The position numbers and the translations under genes were made by a program. A stretch of DNA of 19,912 nucleotides. It comes from a bacterium (GTDB lineage: Bacteria > SZUA-182 > DTGQ01). Positions 16,740-19,912 of the stretch are shown in pieces. The DNA is taken from assembly GCA_040752695.1 (NCBI GenBank), contig JBFMGO010000111.1, forward strand, positions 1-19,912. The letters are read 5' to 3'. A model generated the notes under the pieces. That model was not told where the DNA came from, searched no databases, and saw only the letters and a list, made by a program, of their open reading frames with translations. Numbering within the stretch: the first letter of the stretch is position 1; each line of letters begins with the position of its first letter.

Positions 16740-17468
16740 TTAAATAAGTGTCACATTGAAGACACCGTAATCCAATATCGTGCCTCCCGATGTACCAACT
16801 ACCGTGTAAGTACCTGAGATGGTGGTTGGGGAAGTAAGAACACCATCGAGGTAAATATTATACCCGGTACCTAAAAATCCGCTTAAGCTGATCGAATTAT
16901 TTGCCTCTACACCAACTACATTGAACAGGATGTCTGCATACCGGCTTCCCTGAAGAGTGCCGGTACCGGTAACATTTCCCAGTACCGGGTCTACCACGAT
17001 GTTTAAGCTCATCGGCCCTGTATGCCACAGTACAACAAAGGCTATGTAGTTACTGGTCCATGTGCCGATCCAGCTCCCTGTCTGGGCTGCTGTGCGCATA
17101 GGAAGACCAGCAGCAACTGTTGTGGGAAGAGCGGGTACCGGAACAGCAGAGCTTATAGGCAGCGGCGGCAGCAGTGTGCTGACAGGCGGCAGTGGGCCGA
17201 AGAACATGAGAGCCAAGGGATTGTAGAGCAGGGCAGCACTGAAAGGATCGGGAGAGAGAAAAGGGAAGCTCTCGGTAAAGGGATCATAGGGCAAGAGTGA
17301 AAAGGGACTCATACGGGTAAAGGCATTCGATCGTAAGCCAGGTGCTTCGGCTGCTGCGCCGGCAGGTGAAAGGGTCGGAATCCATGCCTTATTCAAGCAC
17401 AAGCAGCACACCTGGATGCACGCTAACATATAAATAGATAATAAGATATATCTTTTTCCTCTGATCAT
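16740..17468 (-). CDS. Secreted protein with a Pro-rich pro-region and a ~115-aa all-beta domain (array family B, paralogue 3)
   Basis: Signal MIRGKRYILL..; RTAAQTGSWIGTWTS...HTGPMSLNIVVDP...LQGSRY...LTSPTT.SG.YTV...D.GVFNVTL. Confidence 0.88.
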   Translation of the reverse strand: MIRGKRYILLSIYMLACIQVCCLCLNKAWIPTLSPAGAAAEAPGLRSNAFTRMSPFSLLPYDPFTESFPFLSPDPFSAALLYNPLALMFFGPLPPVSTLLPPLPISSAVPVPALPTTVAAGLPMRTAAQTGSWIGTWTSNYIAFVVLWHTGPMSLNIVVDPVLGNVTGTGTLQGSRYADILFNVVGVEANNSISLSGFLGTGYNIYLDGVLTSPTTISGTYTVVGTSGGTILDYGVFNVTLI

Positions 17469-17534
17469 AGCTGAAAATCCTTAAACTTTAGATGACATAT
17501 ATTTTCCAGAGGTTCATGGTAAAATCTCGCATAC

Positions 17535-18161
17535 CTAAATAAGAACCGGCGGAAGAAGTGATAGCTCGAATACCCCTTCATCCAATATGGGAATATGCGT
17601 ACCAGTTACCGTATAGAAGCCTGTCATAGTAGTCGGTGAAGTGAGGAGACAGGTCAAAATGATATCGTATCCTGTAACGAGAAGCCCACTGACCGTAATA
17701 ACATCGTTTATCTTCACTCCCGTAACATCTGCTGGGGCGCTTGCATATCTGCTCCCCTGGAGGATACAGGTGCCGATTACACCCCCCAACAGCGGGTCTA
17801 CAACGATATTTAAAGACATCGGGCCGGTATGAAAAAGGACAATAAAAGGAAGAAAGGTACTTGTCCAGGTACCGACCCAGGTACCGGTCTGAGAAGCCGT
17901 ACGTACCAGGGTTGTGGTCGCGGCAGGTGCGGAAAGCACTGTCGGAAGAACAGGGGCAGGTATAACAGGCGTTAAGGGGCTGACGGCCGCTGTCCTGTAA
18001 AAGCCGGGAGTAAAAACAAGCGGATTAAAGAATCCCCCGTATCCTACGACGGTATTGAGAGCAGTGCCGGTGTATTGAGCCTGGCACGGAGGCAAATAAA
18101 AGAGTGAGGTAAAGATAAAAATCGATATATATAACAAGATATACTTTTTTCCTCTGATCAT
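17535..18161 (-). CDS. Secreted protein, array family B, paralogue 2
   Basis: Signal MIRGKKYILL..PPCQA|Q; RTASQTGTWVGTWTS...HTGPMSLNIVVDP...LQGSRY...LTSPTTMTGFYTV; SD AAGGGTG. Confidence 0.88.
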   Translation of the reverse strand: MIRGKKYILLYISIFIFTSLFYLPPCQAQYTGTALNTVVGYGGFFNPLVFTPGFYRTAAVSPLTPVIPAPVLPTVLSAPAATTTLVRTASQTGTWVGTWTSTFLPFIVLFHTGPMSLNIVVDPLLGGVIGTCILQGSRYASAPADVTGVKINDVITVSGLLVTGYDIILTCLLTSPTTMTGFYTVTGTHIPILDEGVFELSLLPPVLI

Positions 18162-18220
18162 GGCTAAATCACCCTTATGTAAAAAGGTTAATATCTCTCA
18201 CCAATCCTTTCGATGCATGG

Positions 18221-18931
18221 CTATATGATCACCGGTGCAAGGAGGGTCAGGTTGAATGTCCCCTCATCTACAATATCACCTGTAGCGGTTACGGTATAAA
18301 AGCCTGTCATAGTGGTTGGTGAGGTCAGAACACAGGTTAAAACAATACCAAGGCCGAGAGAGGGGATGCCTTCCAGGGAGATGATATTGTTTATTTTTAC
18401 GCCGCTTACGTCAAACGGGGCAGACGTATATCTGCTTCCCTGAAGAATAGCCGTGCCAAGGACACTTCCAAACAGTGGATCTACAACGATATTCAAGGTC
18501 ATCGGCCCGGTATGCCATAGGACAATATAGGCAAGGGAGGTACTTGTCCATGTACCAACCCAGGTTCCTGTCTGAGCGGCGGTACGCGTTACCGTGGTGG
18601 CTGCGGTAGGTACAGGAACCGCTGCCGAAGGAATAGACGGAGAGGTAAAAAGAGATAGTGGCGGGATAACCGGATAATAAATCGGGCTCAATAAAGGACT
18701 AAAAGGAGGATAGATCAAAGCCGCAAAAGGGTCAAAAACAGGATAATAATCAGCAGCTGTTCTCGTTAATCCGGGGAAAAAAGCTAGGGGATTGAAAAAA
18801 TCCCCATATTCTACGGCGGTATTGAGAGCAGTGCTGGAAAACTGAGCTTCACAGGGGGAGCAAATCATGAATAAAGAGATAAAAATAACGCTTAAAGCAG
18901 GGAGAATGATGCCTCGCTTTCTTGTTCGCAT
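18221..18931 (-). CDS. Secreted protein, array family B, paralogue 1 (likely start MRTRKRG at 18931)
   Basis: AAGGAG SD before the ATG at 18931; signal ending SPCEA|Q; RTAAQTGTWVGTWTS...HTGPMTLNIVVDP...LQGSRY...LTSPTTMTGFYTV. Confidence 0.88.
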   Translation of the reverse strand: MRTRKRGIILPALSVIFISLFMICSPCEAQFSSTALNTAVEYGDFFNPLAFFPGLTRTAADYYPVFDPFAALIYPPFSPLLSPIYYPVIPPLSLFTSPSIPSAAVPVPTAATTVTRTAAQTGTWVGTWTSTSLAYIVLWHTGPMTLNIVVDPLFGSVLGTAILQGSRYTSAPFDVSGVKINNIISLEGIPSLGLGIVLTCVLTSPTTMTGFYTVTATGDIVDEGTFNLTLLAPVII

Positions 18932-19062
18932 TGCCAAATCTCCTTCATTTATCGACATAAACCTCTCAAAAACCCATACCTGAATAAGGTGTTAAATTCC
19001 CTTACTGCCTTATCTGATTGCTGTGCATAAAAACATAACGGTAAAGATTCATAAGGTTTCTC

Positions 19063-19100
19063 AATTCCTCAAGATTCAAGAAATTGAATCTTGAGGAATT
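19063..19100 (-). terminator. Perfect 17-bp stem-loop 3' of the 19117 gene (terminator or mRNA-stabilising hairpin)
   Basis: AATTCCTCAAGATTCAA-GAAA-TTGAATCTTGAGGAATT. Confidence 0.7.
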
Positions 19101-19116
19101 AAAGAAATTGCCTCTC

Positions 19117-19539
19117 CTAGAGAGCTAAGCTTGAAAGATAAGCAAAGAGAATCGGATTCGCTACACTTAAGGGAGTAGGTGAATAGAGCGCTTGTGCATA
19201 AAGACTGAGGAGCCCTGCAACAATTGGAGTTACCGTGGCCGTAGGAGTGGTGGTAGTAGTAGGTGCAATTGGAGTGATCGTAACAGTACCTGTTGTCGGA
19301 TTGGTAATAATAAGAGTTGCCGCTGGTGCCCTGGTTATCGGCGCGGATGGAAGAATATAAGGATATGGCGGGTATAGAACAGGAAGAACAGGGACCGGTG
19401 GTAACAGGGGCGGAGCATAGAAATAGGGTACTTGGGACATGCAGTTTGACGAGAAAGTAAAAGTAAAACTCAAACAAAAAAGAGCGATTATAGACAGAAA
19501 AATTAAAAATTTAGGGTTTTTAACTTTTTGCATCATCAT
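19117..19539 (-). CDS. Secreted Pro/Thr-rich uncharged protein (array family A); likely start MMMQKVK
   Basis: Signal ending SNCMS|Q; PYFYAPP; RAPAAT; C-terminus LYAQALYSPTPLSVANPILFAYLSSLAL. Confidence 0.85.
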   Translation of the reverse strand: MMMQKVKNPKFLIFLSIIALFCLSFTFTFSSNCMSQVPYFYAPPLLPPVPVLPVLYPPYPYILPSAPITRAPAATLIITNPTTGTVTITPIAPTTTTTPTATVTPIVAGLLSLYAQALYSPTPLSVANPILFAYLSSLAL

Positions 19540-19557
19540 AAATAACCCTTCCGTCAA

Positions 19558-19912
19558 CTAAATTAATAGCGTTGATAAATAAGCAAAGAGCAATGGATTG
19601 GCCGTAGAAAGAGCAGAATGCGAATAGATTGCACCTGCATACAGGGTAGCCAGAACACCAAGGAGAGGTGCAGGCGCTGCCACAGTCGTTGTTGCTACAG
19701 TGGAAACGACTGTTGGCGCAACGATTGGACTCACTACCGTGGGTGCTCCGATGACTATAGCTCCCGCAGTCGGACTCACTGCCGTAATTCCCGTAGAGAG
19801 AATGATTGTGGCCTGAGGTGTTCTTATAAAGGGTACCGGTGCGAGTGGGAAAGGAAGAAGAGGCGGAGGCGGTGGCAGAAGTGGAACGGGAGCAAAATAA
19901 GGCATAATTGGC
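19558..19912 (-). CDS. Pro/Ala/Thr/Val-rich uncharged protein (array family A), 5'-truncated by the window end
   Basis: Frame is open to the window end (..PIMPYFAP); RTPQAT; C-terminus LYAGAIYSHSALSTANPLLFAYLSTLLI is paralogous to the 19117 protein. Confidence 0.85.
   Translation of the reverse strand, partial: PIMPYFAPVPLLPPPPPLLPFPLAPVPFIRTPQATIILSTGITAVSPTAGAIVIGAPTVVSPIVAPTVVSTVATTTVAAPAPLLGVLATLYAGAIYSHSALSTANPLLFAYLSTLLI

Noticed and set aside
12821..19912. Classical RiPP cluster, pilin, curli or gas-vesicle locus
   Set aside because: No YcaO, LanM, radical SAM or peptidase-ABC genes, no prepilin G|FxxxE motif, no curlin repeats and no GvpA similarity in the window

Overview
Bacterial chromosomal window, probably from an anaerobic diderm (tetraheme cytochrome c3, sigma54-type promoters; taxonomy cannot be fixed from sequence alone). 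The left part (1-12.2 kb) holds scattered housekeeping and accessory genes: a partial secreted protein behind a candidate sigma54/UAS/IHF promoter and long structured leader, an IS5 remnant, a SAM methyltransferase, an M42 aminopeptidase, a UPF0104 flippase-like protein, an HNH nuclease, a GGDEF protein, a cytochrome c3, DUF445 and a GT4 glycosyltransferase. These are interspersed with MITEs, REP-like palindromes and many short tandem duplications. The right part (12.8-19.9 kb, minus strand, running off the window) is the most unusual. It is a co-oriented array of at least six uncharacterised Pro/Ala/Thr-rich, nearly charge-free proteins, five with visible signal peptides, in two paralogous families. 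All six share an R-[TNA]-[AP]-[AQS]-[AQ]-T motif at the same architectural position. The array surrounds a Thr-nucleophile sulfatase-like/TPR enzyme and is punctuated by strong hairpins. It is a candidate undescribed processed surface or matrix protein system.
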